Part shown: one piece after another, positions 1 through 8,277 of the stretch | Layout: each line of letters begins with the position of its first letter | Position numbering within the stretch: position 1 is the first letter of the stretch | Origin: Chitinophagales bacterium | Lineage (GTDB): Bacteria; Bacillota; UBA5301; DYFA01 | DNA length: 64,000 nt | Assembly (NCBI GenBank): GCA_050260095.1 | Contig: JBLNBQ010000061.1 | Location: 7,261-71,260, forward strand | Direction of reading: 5' to 3' | Notes under the pieces: model-generated | What the model was told of the DNA's origin: nothing | Databases searched by the model: none | Seen by the model: only the letters and a program-made list of their open reading frames with translations | Program-made: the position numbers and the translations under genes

Positions 1-666
1 CAGGGCGCCTTCGCCTTCACCTGGTATCCCGAACCCTTTGAATCCCACGCCACCCTGGCTTATGCAGTCCCCGACGCCGAACTGGGCGCCGCCCAACTGC
101 TGCTTCAGAGCAGCCGTTCCACCACCTCCGGCGGCGAACTCTCAGGCCAGTCGTTGGGCTACGCCTGGGGGCGGCGCGTCGCCCCGCAACTGTCCGCCGG
201 CGTTCAACTCCGGTGGGACGTCCAGCAGGCGACCATCCAGGGGCTCCCCTCGCCGCAGGAGGCGGGCCTCGGCCTCGATGCCGGGTTGCTTTACGATGCG
301 GCGCCCGGCCTCTGGCTGGAGGCGGCCGTCCTCGACGCGTTCGACACGCGGCTGCGCTCCAGCTCAGGGACGACGATCCTTGTGAAGCAGCGCCTCTTCG
401 CCGGGGTGACCCGCCAGCTCCGGCCCGACCTTGCGCTCTCCTTCGCCGGACGGGACCTCACGACTGATCTGAACGGCGCGACCTGGTCTTTCGGCGGCCG
501 CCTCGAGCGCGCCGGCTGGATCTTCACGGGCGAGGCGGGCCTGGGGCCGCACTTCACCTGGTCGCTTGCCGCCCGGATGCCCCGCGGCCGCTGGAGCCTG
601 AGGGCGGTGGCCGAGGGGACGGAGGCGAAGGCCGGTTGCGGCCTCGGAGTGGACGTGCGGTGGTAG
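1..666 (+). CDS. Outer-membrane beta-barrel protein, C-terminal fragment (gene begins upstream of the window)
   Basis: Frame 1 is open from nt 1 to the stop at 666. Alternating amphipathic beta-strand-like segments and a C-terminal ...GLGVDVRW ending in an aromatic residue, as in OM beta-barrel proteins. Confidence 0.4.
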   Translation, partial: QGAFAFTWYPEPFESHATLAYAVPDAELGAAQLLLQSSRSTTSGGELSGQSLGYAWGRRVAPQLSAGVQLRWDVQQATIQGLPSPQEAGLGLDAGLLYDAAPGLWLEAAVLDAFDTRLRSSSGTTILVKQRLFAGVTRQLRPDLALSFAGRDLTTDLNGATWSFGGRLERAGWIFTGEAGLGPHFTWSLAARMPRGRWSLRAVAEGTEAKAGCGLGVDVRW

Positions 667-1793
667 CCCGGGCGGCGGGAGGAAGCGCCCGCCTGACTGC
701 GCCGCGGCTTGGCCTGTTCGACCGCTATGTCCTGCGGGAGTTCGCCGGCCCGTTCCTCTTGGCCATGTTCGCTGTGATCCTCCTGATGCTTTCCGATCAG
801 CTCTTCACGTTGGCCGACTGGCTGCTCGTCAAGCGGGCGCCCGCCGCGCAGGTCTGGCGGCTGCTGGCCTTTCGCCTGCCCGGGCTGTTGGTGCAGGCGC
901 TGCCCATCGCCGCCCTGGTCGGCGCCATGCTCGGCTTCCACCGTTTCTCCCGCGACTCGGAACTGGTGATCATGACGGGGAGCGGCGTCAGCCTGCGCCG
1001 GCTGGTCGCGCCCGTGCTCGCCGTGACCTTCCTCCTGTCGGTCGGCGCCTATTTCACCAACGAACTGGTCGTCCCCGCCGCCAACCACGAGGCGGAGAAC
1101 ACCGTCCGGCGCCTCGTCTTCTCGGAGGTCTCGCCCGAGATCCGGGAAGGCGTCTTCTTCCGCGGCCAGGACGACACCGTCTTCTACATCCGCAAGCTCG
1201 ACCGGGCGCACCTGCTCATGGAAGACGTGATGGTCTTCCAGATGGGCCAAAGCCCGTACCCGGAACTCATCACCGCCCGCACGGCCCGCTTCGGGGCGGG
1301 AATCTGGCACCTGGAGCAGGGGGTCAGCCGGGAGATCGACAAGGAAGGGTTCGTGACCAACGAGGCTCGCTTCAGCAGCCTCGACTTGCGGGTGGACGAG
1401 GGCGTCGACCGCTTCTTCGGCAACCAGAAAACCACCCAGGAGATGAGCCGCCGCGAACTGGCGTCGAACATTCGACTGTTCGGGCGGAGCGGGGTCGACA
1501 TCCGGCCGTTTCTGGTGGACTACCACCTGAAGCTGGCGATGCCGTTCGCCAACTTCTTCTTCACAGTGTTCGGCATCCCCCTGGCCCTTTGGGTGCTGCG
1601 CCGGCCGCGCTCGTCGCGCCTTCTGGGCATCGGCGGGACGGTCGTGCTGGTCCTGACCTACTACGTGCTGACGCCGCTCTGCCGCTCGCTGGGGGTCAAC
1701 GGCATCCTCACCCCCCTGACGGCGGCCTGGCTGCCTTCCCTGAGCTTCGCCGCCCTGGGCGCCTTCCTCTTCACCAGGCTGGAACAGATTTAG
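636..1793 (+). CDS. LptF/LptG-family (YjgP/YjgQ) LPS export permease
   Basis: Motif FDRYVLREF...LLMLSDQLF at the N-terminus and 6 TM segments with a periplasmic domain between TM3 and TM4. Paralogue of the permease at 22591. The true start may be downstream of 636 (non-ATG). Confidence 0.7.
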   Translation: MRPRSGRAVVARAAGGSARLTAPRLGLFDRYVLREFAGPFLLAMFAVILLMLSDQLFTLADWLLVKRAPAAQVWRLLAFRLPGLLVQALPIAALVGAMLGFHRFSRDSELVIMTGSGVSLRRLVAPVLAVTFLLSVGAYFTNELVVPAANHEAENTVRRLVFSEVSPEIREGVFFRGQDDTVFYIRKLDRAHLLMEDVMVFQMGQSPYPELITARTARFGAGIWHLEQGVSREIDKEGFVTNEARFSSLDLRVDEGVDRFFGNQKTTQEMSRRELASNIRLFGRSGVDIRPFLVDYHLKLAMPFANFFFTVFGIPLALWVLRRPRSSRLLGIGGTVVLVLTYYVLTPLCRSLGVNGILTPLTAAWLPSLSFAALGAFLFTRLEQI

Positions 1794-1816
1794 CGCTCGC
1801 AGAGGTAGCAGAGCAG

Positions 1817-2662
1817 ATGATGGTCACCGCCGGCCCGGCCGGCCGCAGAAAAGAGTGGAAAGGGCGCCTCCTGTCGGGGTGCCTGCTTGGGCTGGCCCTC
1901 TTGCTTCTGGCCGGGCGCCTGCCGGCGGCCGCCGCGGCGCCGTCCGCGTCCCCCGAGGCCCCGGTGGCGTCTGACGAAAAGCCTGCGGCCAGGGCGCCGG
2001 CTGATCCCGACACGGTGCAACTTAAGAGCGACGGCGGCTTCAAGTTCGACGCCGAGGCCCAGGTGCTGGTCGCCGAGGGGAATGTGCGCCTGGCGTACCG
2101 GAAGATCAGCCTGGCCGCCGACCGCTTCCGGGTCGACTTGGGGAAAGACCTGGTCCAGGCCGAGGGGCACGTGGTCTTCGTGAAAGGGAGCGACCGGGTC
2201 GAGGCCGCCTCGGGGGTTTACGATCTCAAGAACGAGTCCGGCACCTTCACCGGGGTCAACACCAGCTACCAGGGGGATCAGGTGAAAGGCAAGGTCCTGG
2301 TCACGGGCGAGTCAATGGAAAGCACCAAGTCGCTGTTGCGCCTCACCAAGGCCGACCTCACCACCTGCGACCTGCCCGACCCCCACTATCACCTCGAGGC
2401 CCGGGAGATCGTGATCCATCTCGACGATTACCTGGAGGCTCGCCAGGTCGCGTACTACGAAGGCCGCCTTCGCCTCGTGACGCTGCCTTACCTGGCGATC
2501 CCTCTGAGGAAGGAGAACCAGTTCGAACTGCCGCGGGTCGGCTACTCCAGCGAGGATGGGTGGTTCCTCAAGACCACCTACAACTACTTCCGCTCCAAGT
2601 CGGCGTTTGGGTCGTACTTCCTCGATTGGTACCAGCTCAAGGGGCTGGGCGCCGGGCTCTAG
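1817..2662 (+). CDS. lptD: LptD homologue, N-terminal OstA-like jellyroll part. It is in the same frame as 2765..4192 and separated from it only by one TAG at 2660-2662.
   Basis: Signal peptide (MMVTAGPAGRRKEWKGRLLSGCLLGLALLLLAGRLPAAAAA), OstA/LptA-like N-domain, TTCDLPDPHYHLEAREI motif typical of LptD. A GAGGT RBS lies 10 nt upstream of ATG 1817. Confidence 0.65.
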   Translation: MMVTAGPAGRRKEWKGRLLSGCLLGLALLLLAGRLPAAAAAPSASPEAPVASDEKPAARAPADPDTVQLKSDGGFKFDAEAQVLVAEGNVRLAYRKISLAADRFRVDLGKDLVQAEGHVVFVKGSDRVEAASGVYDLKNESGTFTGVNTSYQGDQVKGKVLVTGESMESTKSLLRLTKADLTTCDLPDPHYHLEAREIVIHLDDYLEARQVAYYEGRLRLVTLPYLAIPLRKENQFELPRVGYSSEDGWFLKTTYNYFRSKSAFGSYFLDWYQLKGLGAGL

Positions 2663-2764
2663 CACAACTACAGCTTCGGCAGCGCCTCCAGGGAGGGGAG
2701 CGGCTGGGCCTACCTTTACGTCAAGGGCGACCGCGCCAAGAACGACAACGACCTCTACCTGGGC

Positions 2765-4192
2765 TTGAATCACGCCCAGCAGTTCGGCGGGAGTTGGCGG
2801 GGGAATCTGGCCGGGACGTACGAGAAGAAGGCCGGCCAGGAGGCGCTCGGCAACTTCAGCCTCCAGGTGAGCCAACAGGCGGGGACCGGGGCGTATACGA
2901 GCCTGAGCACGGTCTACCGGCGACAGGCCGAGGACGCGCTGGGGAGCGCCAGCCTCTCCTTCAACACCGTGCAGCGGCTGCCGGGCAACTGGGAGTGGCG
3001 GTTCCTGGCGACGGGCAACCGCTATCCGCTGTCCACTGGGGAACCCGGCGAGGAGCGGCCCTACGACCAGGTGAGCTATGATACGACCCTGGCGCGGGAG
3101 TTCACTGACTTCACCCTGCGCCTCAGGGCGCGGCAGTCGTTCAAGCCGTCGCTGCTCAGCGTCGCGCCGTCCGGTTCCGACGAGCCGTGGGAGCGGTACA
3201 CCGACTTTCCCGAGGTGAGCGTGGAGAGCAGGAACCTGACCCTAAACGGGCGCCCGCTCCCCTTCACCCTGACCGGCAGCGTCTTCCGGCACGAGGAGTT
3301 TCGCAAGGTCTCGGTCTGGAACTCCGAAACCGGGACGTGGGACGGCCGGTGGACGCTCACCGACCTCGCCACCGGGTCGCTGTCGGGGCGCGTGAACGGG
3401 CTCTCGTACCGCGTGACCCCAAAGCTCACCGCGACCGTGAGCGGGGAAGGCCGGAGCATGTACTACCAGGACGGCGAATACACGATGGGCCTGAGCGTGC
3501 GGCCGGAGTTGACCTACCGGCCGGTTCAGCCGCTCGCCATGAGCTTGCGCTACGACTGGCAGGACAAGCTGGGCAGCAACCCCTTCTCGACCATCGGCAT
3601 GTTCCCGACCCGGATGCTCTACGGCTCCGCCACCTATACGGCCAGAGGGCTGACGGCCGATGTGAGCGCCAGCTACAACCAACTCACCGGCGACCTGCAG
3701 AACATGACCGCCCGGGTGAACTACGGCCGAACTCCCTTCACGGCGAGCGGGGCGCTCAGCTTCGCGGGGAGCGGCCTGGCCCAGACCACCCGGTTCCTGG
3801 GCACTCTGGCCTACCTGCCCAAAGAGACCCAGCAGTACCGCCTGGGGACCACCTACAACCTGGGAACCGACCAACTGGAACGGCTCGACGCGCAGGTCGC
3901 CCAACCCCTGGGCAAGGACTGGCGCGTGGAGCTGACCGCCAGCTACGATGGGGTCGCACAGAGTTTCAGCCGCGGCGAGGTCGGGGTGACCAGGGACATG
4001 CACTGCCGGGAGTTGCGCCTGAGCTACGACGAGGTGACCCGGCAGCTCTGGCTGGAACTGCAGATCAAGGCGTTGCCCGCCCAGCGCTTCCGATTCGGTG
4101 CGACGGAGCAGCGGCTGATGTTCGACACCTCCTCGCTCGGCGGGCTTCTCAGCGACACCGGCGGCAGCGGCGCGACGGGGGTGCCGCGATGA
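2765..4192 (+). CDS. lptD: LptD homologue, C-terminal beta-barrel part (continuation of the 1817 reading frame after the in-frame TAG). It has no signal peptide of its own, so probably one interrupted gene.
   Basis: Same frame as 1817..2662. The sequence between the TAG and the first possible start (HNYSFGSASREGSGWAYLYVKGDRAKNDNDLYLGL) still reads like LptD. Gly/Tyr/Thr-rich beta-strand pattern. The stop overlaps the next start (ATGA at 4189). Confidence 0.6.
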   Translation: MNHAQQFGGSWRGNLAGTYEKKAGQEALGNFSLQVSQQAGTGAYTSLSTVYRRQAEDALGSASLSFNTVQRLPGNWEWRFLATGNRYPLSTGEPGEERPYDQVSYDTTLAREFTDFTLRLRARQSFKPSLLSVAPSGSDEPWERYTDFPEVSVESRNLTLNGRPLPFTLTGSVFRHEEFRKVSVWNSETGTWDGRWTLTDLATGSLSGRVNGLSYRVTPKLTATVSGEGRSMYYQDGEYTMGLSVRPELTYRPVQPLAMSLRYDWQDKLGSNPFSTIGMFPTRMLYGSATYTARGLTADVSASYNQLTGDLQNMTARVNYGRTPFTASGALSFAGSGLAQTTRFLGTLAYLPKETQQYRLGTTYNLGTDQLERLDAQVAQPLGKDWRVELTASYDGVAQSFSRGEVGVTRDMHCRELRLSYDEVTRQLWLELQIKALPAQRFRFGATEQRLMFDTSSLGGLLSDTGGSGATGVPR

Positions 4193-4947
4193 AGGCCGGC
4201 GCCGGCCTTCCGGGCCGCCTGGCTTCTGGGCTGAGGCGACTGCTCTCTTCGGCCTGGTTCGGGGCCCTTTTGGCCTTGCTCGCCGTGGCGCTCGTCGCCT
4301 ATATCGGTCGGGCGCCGGCGCCGCCGCCCGGCAAGGAGCGGCCGGCAGGGGCGGAGGCCAGGGAGACGCCGGGCTTCCACTTCCGCGACATCCGCTTCGT
4401 CGGCCGGACGGCGGGCAAACGCGACTGGGAGTTGGAAGTGGCCAAGGTCACCGCCCCCCGCGACGGCGAGCGGGTGGATTTCTACTACGTTCGTCGGGGC
4501 GTGGTCTACCGGGAGGGGCAGCCCTACCTCAATTTGACCGCTGACGGAGGAGTGTACTACCCCCAACAGAACAATTTCCTGATGCGCGGCCACGTGGTGG
4601 TCTCCCGGGCCAACGGCGACCTCTTGCGGGGGGAGGAACTGCAGTGGAACCCGCTCACCCGCCAGGTGACGAGCCCTCAGCCGGTGGAGGCCAAGGTCGA
4701 AGGGATCTGGTTCAGGGCCAACCGCCTCGTGGTGGACGTCGAGACCGAGACGATGATCGCCTCGGGCCAGGTGGAGTTGGTCAAAGACAACGGCGAGCGG
4801 ATGACCGGCGACACCATCATCTATTCGCTCAAGGACGCGAAGTGGGAGATCCAGGGACCGGTCGAGTTCACGATCCGGCTCGGGGGCGACGATGAGGAAG
4901 CGTTCGTCGCGCCGGGCCTCGGTCAGACAAGGAGTGAACAGGAATGA
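4189..4947 (+). CDS. LptC-like protein (N-terminal TM anchor plus OstA-like fold)
   Basis: ATG 4189 overlaps the lptD stop. TM helix LLSSAWFGALLALLAVALVAYI followed by an OstA/LptC-like beta-jellyroll region. Only the C-terminal part of track ORF 3187..4947 is real. Confidence 0.55.
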   Translation: MKAGAGLPGRLASGLRRLLSSAWFGALLALLAVALVAYIGRAPAPPPGKERPAGAEARETPGFHFRDIRFVGRTAGKRDWELEVAKVTAPRDGERVDFYYVRRGVVYREGQPYLNLTADGGVYYPQQNNFLMRGHVVVSRANGDLLRGEELQWNPLTRQVTSPQPVEAKVEGIWFRANRLVVDVETETMIASGQVELVKDNGERMTGDTIIYSLKDAKWEIQGPVEFTIRLGGDDEEAFVAPGLGQTRSEQE

Positions 4948-5627
4948 CAGGGAGAAAGCGGTCCACACTGCTTCTGGTGCTGGTTCTGGGGCTGGTCGCC
5001 GGACCCCTCCCGGCCGCCCTGGCCGAGGAACTGGCGGCCAAACCGGCCGACCCGCCGAAAAAGGCCAGCGAACTGAAGGTCACGGTCAAGGAGAACAAGC
5101 TCTTCAAGTTCGAGAAGGATGTCGTCACCATCAAAGGCCAGGTGGAGATGGTCAAGGGCGACGTCCGGCTGAGCGCCGGCGACATCGTCTACGACGCCAA
5201 GAAGAAGTTCGCCGTGATCGCCGGGGGCGCCCGGATGGTGCAGGACGACCTCGCCCTGTCCGGCGAGAAGTTCTCCGCCTGGTTCGACGAAGAGCGGTAC
5301 GTCATCGAGACGAAAGTCAGCCTGAGCAAGAAGGACGCCACCGCGGAGAAGAAGGAGAAACTCGCGCTGACCTGCGACCGGTTAGAGTATCGCTCGGGCG
5401 ACAAGACCATGGTCGCCACCGGCAACGTGACCCTCAAGGAGAACGAACGGGTCGCCACCGCCCGCAAGGTCGAGTATCGCGACAAGGAGGCTAAGGTGGT
5501 GCTCGAAGGCGACGTCCTGATCAAGGAGAAGGACGACAAGACCATCCGGGGCGAGCGGTTCATCATCGACACGGACCAGAACGTGGTCGAGGCGGAGGGC
5601 CCGATGGAGATCGAGTTCAAGCTGTAA
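4944..5627 (+). CDS. LptA-like periplasmic OstA-fold protein
   Basis: Signal peptide, then repeated beta-jellyroll motifs (VTIKGQVEMVKGDVRLSAGDIVYD...LEGDVLIKEKDDKTIRGERFIID) as in LptA. ATGA overlap with the upstream gene. Confidence 0.6.
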   Translation: MTGRKRSTLLLVLVLGLVAGPLPAALAEELAAKPADPPKKASELKVTVKENKLFKFEKDVVTIKGQVEMVKGDVRLSAGDIVYDAKKKFAVIAGGARMVQDDLALSGEKFSAWFDEERYVIETKVSLSKKDATAEKKEKLALTCDRLEYRSGDKTMVATGNVTLKENERVATARKVEYRDKEAKVVLEGDVLIKEKDDKTIRGERFIIDTDQNVVEAEGPMEIEFKL

Positions 5628-5677
5628 GACCTTGCCATTCTCCGCGCCAATTGGCGAGGGAAGCGGCATCTAGCTGG

Positions 5678-5686
5678 TGTTATAAT
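5678..5686 (+). promoter_or_regulatory. Extended -10 promoter element TGtTATAAT
   Basis: TGTTATAAT lies in the 90-nt gap before the 5719 gene. A near-identical GGTGTTATAATG element sits upstream of lptC at 20464. Confidence 0.3.
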
Positions 5687-5718
5687 GGTGCGCAGGCGGA
5701 TCGGAGGAGGTCGACGCT

Positions 5719-8277
5719 TTGCGCGCCAGTCTGGCTCACAGCTTCACACCGCTCCGGGACGGCTTCACCGCTGACCTCGCGCGGCTCACGGTGGTCACCG
5801 TACTCGTCCTGTCGCTCCTCGCGGCGGCGACAGCCTGGGCGGTCGACGCCTTCTTCGGGCGGACCGTCTCGGGGCTGGTGGGTCGCGCCGGGGAGAACGA
5901 CTTCGTCCTTTACGTGCGCTCCGACAGCAAGAGCCGCGCCGAGCAGCGGCTCGCGACCTACCTGCCCAAGACCTTCCCCGGCGCCACGTTCAAACCCGGC
6001 CTGACCGTCGCGGGCCAGGCCAATTTCTTCGTCACCCTCCCCGAGGCTTACCGGACCCGTTCCGTCATGGAGAACATCGACAGCACTTTCGGGAGCCTGC
6101 CGGGGTACTCCGGCCACCTCCTGCTCATCGAGCCGAGCATCTTCGTGCACGGCATTCCCGCCGGCGCGTACCGGTTCTTCCTCGACAAGTTTCAGGACCT
6201 GCCGGGGGTGAAGTTGACCTTCGCCAGCGGCCAGGACCTTGTGGTCGCGCTGCAGAAGGGCGGGCGCCCGGAGGACGTCGAGCCGCTGATCAAAAAGGTG
6301 CTGAGCCAGTACCGGGTGGTGGAAGCGCGCTTCCCGATGGGCTACAAGGTGAGCGACCTCGATCGGGTGGGCGCCCAGGCTGCAGCCGCGGCGCAGGCGA
6401 GCCTAAAGGTTCCGGTGACCGACGTGACCCAGAGCGACAAGCAGGATGACTACAGCTCCTTCCTGGGCGCGCTGGTCGAGATGCGCCGGTTCCTGCTCAG
6501 CTACGCTTCGGACATCACCATCAAGCTGGGCCCGGCGGCGTCCCTGCGGAAGGGCGACGAGCTGGTGGCCGGCGCCGGCCTCACCCAAGGGGGGCGCATC
6601 GGTGACCAGGCCCTCCGCATCCTCGTCACCGGGGTCGACGGCGACGTCGCTCACGGGGTGGCGGTGCAGGGCGACACCACGCCTCCGGGTGGGGCGAAGG
6701 CCGCCAAGGCGGCGGCCGACGGCCGGGGCACGCTGATCCCGGCGGGCATGGCCTATCGCGCCCGGCCCAACAACCGGGTGGGCGCGCCGGTCGGCCCGGC
6801 GACCATCCACAACCAGCGCTATGCCCTGATGGCGACTGTCGACGAGAGCGTCAAGCTCCTGAGCCAGCTCCAACTGCTGGCCAAGCACGCCGACACGACC
6901 GCCGCCCGGGTGCAACTGACGCTCGACTCGTTCCAGCAGACCATGAACCGCATGACCGAGGTGCAGTCGGCCCTCGATGGGGTGAAGCGGGGCCTCGCCG
7001 GGCCGCTGGACGGGCTCGGAAAGGTGCAGACGGACAGCCTGGTCGCGGTGTTGAACAAGACGGTGGGGGCCATCGACGACCTGCTCGACCGGATGAACGG
7101 GGTGACCGATGCCAAGGCGGCGATGGACCTGGCCGCCGGCGCCGCGCATCTCCCGCCGGGGACGGATGCGGGGGGTGGCGCCGAGGCGGCGGCCGGGCTG
7201 GGCGCCCAGGGCGCCGGGCTGCCCGGACAGGCGGGGGCGTCGGCCGCCGAGTTGCAGGCCCAGATGGCTGGCCTCTCCTCCACGGCGGCCCAGCAGACCG
7301 ACGCCCTTTCCCAGATCATCGGGAACCTGAATCCGGTCAGCCTGCTGCTGCTCAAGTGGCGGGCCCAGGTGCAGACCACCGCCCTGCAGGTGCAGAACTT
7401 CGGCCTGCTCGCCAAGAACGCGGGCGCGGTCAACGAGTTCATCGACGGCCTGAGCGGCGCCACCGACACCACCGTGGCGGAGATGCAGAAGGTGGACGTG
7501 ACCGGCCTCAAGAGCAGCCTGCAGGAGATTTCGCAGCGGCTCGAAGCCATCGCCCGGATCGACGTGGGGTCCGTCACCAAACAGATGACCTACGTGAAGG
7601 ACTCCCTGCCCAACGTGAAGGACGACCAGCTCGGCCGGTCGGTGCGACTCATCGACCGCTACATCGGCGGCGAGGTGATCCCGGGCGAGCGGCTCCAGTT
7701 CCTGGTGCCGGGCAGCGTGCCGGCGCAGGCGGCCACGGCGGCGGTGAAGAAGGCGGTCGGCGACAACGCCTCCGTGTCGGTGCTGCCGTCGGGTTCGCTG
7801 AAGCCGGACCTCCAGGGTCTCCTCTTCCAGCTGCTCGGGAAGGTCCGGAGCACGGTGGCGGGTCTGATCGCCCTTGGCCTGGTCATGGCCACCCTGGTGC
7901 TCGACCACGCCGTGGTGATCGCGACGCTCTCCAGCGCCGCCCGGGGCCGGCGGTCCGCGATGGTGGCCGGCGTGGTTTATGGCGGGGTGGCCGGAGCCAC
8001 ACTACTTGGGAGCGTCTTCCTCCTCTCCGGGGCGGGCTTCCCGCTCCTGGGCTGGCCGGGCGTCTTCGCCCTCGGCGCCGGCCTGGGAATGTTCGTCGCC
8101 GTCCTGGCCAGGCGGCTGGCCCCCGTCAACCTCGGCGAACTCGAAGCGGGCGAGGCGATGGGCCTGAGCTACGCCAGGATCCTCCGGGAGATCATCATCC
8201 CCGAAGGACGACCCGGGCTGCTCCTGCTCCTGAACCGCAGCAGCATGCTCTTTCCGAGGGAGGCGAGGCAGGCATGA
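5719..8277 (+). CDS. Membrane protein with N-terminal TM anchor, ~620-aa extracytoplasmic coiled-coil-rich domain and C-terminal 3-TM bundle. An FtsX/MacB-like topology with an EAA-like cytoplasmic motif. Putative permease partner of the downstream ABC ATPase.
   Basis: TTG start 5719 with a GGAGGAGG RBS. One N-terminal TM, a long Ala/Gln/Leu-rich heptad region, three C-terminal TMs, a tail ...RRLAPVNLGELEAGEAMGLSYARILREIIIP (EAA-like), and an ATGA overlap with the ATPase gene. Confidence 0.55.
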   Translation: MRASLAHSFTPLRDGFTADLARLTVVTVLVLSLLAAATAWAVDAFFGRTVSGLVGRAGENDFVLYVRSDSKSRAEQRLATYLPKTFPGATFKPGLTVAGQANFFVTLPEAYRTRSVMENIDSTFGSLPGYSGHLLLIEPSIFVHGIPAGAYRFFLDKFQDLPGVKLTFASGQDLVVALQKGGRPEDVEPLIKKVLSQYRVVEARFPMGYKVSDLDRVGAQAAAAAQASLKVPVTDVTQSDKQDDYSSFLGALVEMRRFLLSYASDITIKLGPAASLRKGDELVAGAGLTQGGRIGDQALRILVTGVDGDVAHGVAVQGDTTPPGGAKAAKAAADGRGTLIPAGMAYRARPNNRVGAPVGPATIHNQRYALMATVDESVKLLSQLQLLAKHADTTAARVQLTLDSFQQTMNRMTEVQSALDGVKRGLAGPLDGLGKVQTDSLVAVLNKTVGAIDDLLDRMNGVTDAKAAMDLAAGAAHLPPGTDAGGGAEAAAGLGAQGAGLPGQAGASAAELQAQMAGLSSTAAQQTDALSQIIGNLNPVSLLLLKWRAQVQTTALQVQNFGLLAKNAGAVNEFIDGLSGATDTTVAEMQKVDVTGLKSSLQEISQRLEAIARIDVGSVTKQMTYVKDSLPNVKDDQLGRSVRLIDRYIGGEVIPGERLQFLVPGSVPAQAATAAVKKAVGDNASVSVLPSGSLKPDLQGLLFQLLGKVRSTVAGLIALGLVMATLVLDHAVVIATLSSAARGRRSAMVAGVVYGGVAGATLLGSVFLLSGAGFPLLGWPGVFALGAGLGMFVAVLARRLAPVNLGELEAGEAMGLSYARILREIIIPEGRPGLLLLLNRSSMLFPREARQA

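Noticed and set aside
3187-4188. N-terminal 334 codons of track ORF 3187..4947 (and likewise 7356..8273, 13303..13551, 17197..17655, 20516..21163, 40503..41327)
   Set aside because: These are out-of-frame overlaps with the upstream gene. Only the part starting at the first start codon after the upstream stop encodes the recognisable protein (LptC-like, ABC ATPase, GT19b, GT19c, LptA, MtnP).
8100-8277. Whether the 5719 protein is a truncated polar-amino-acid-type permease
   Set aside because: Only three TMs precede the EAA-like loop and just about 30 residues follow it, and no continuation exists in another frame. A simple frameshift of a 5-TM permease is not supported. The ambiguity is described in the finding.
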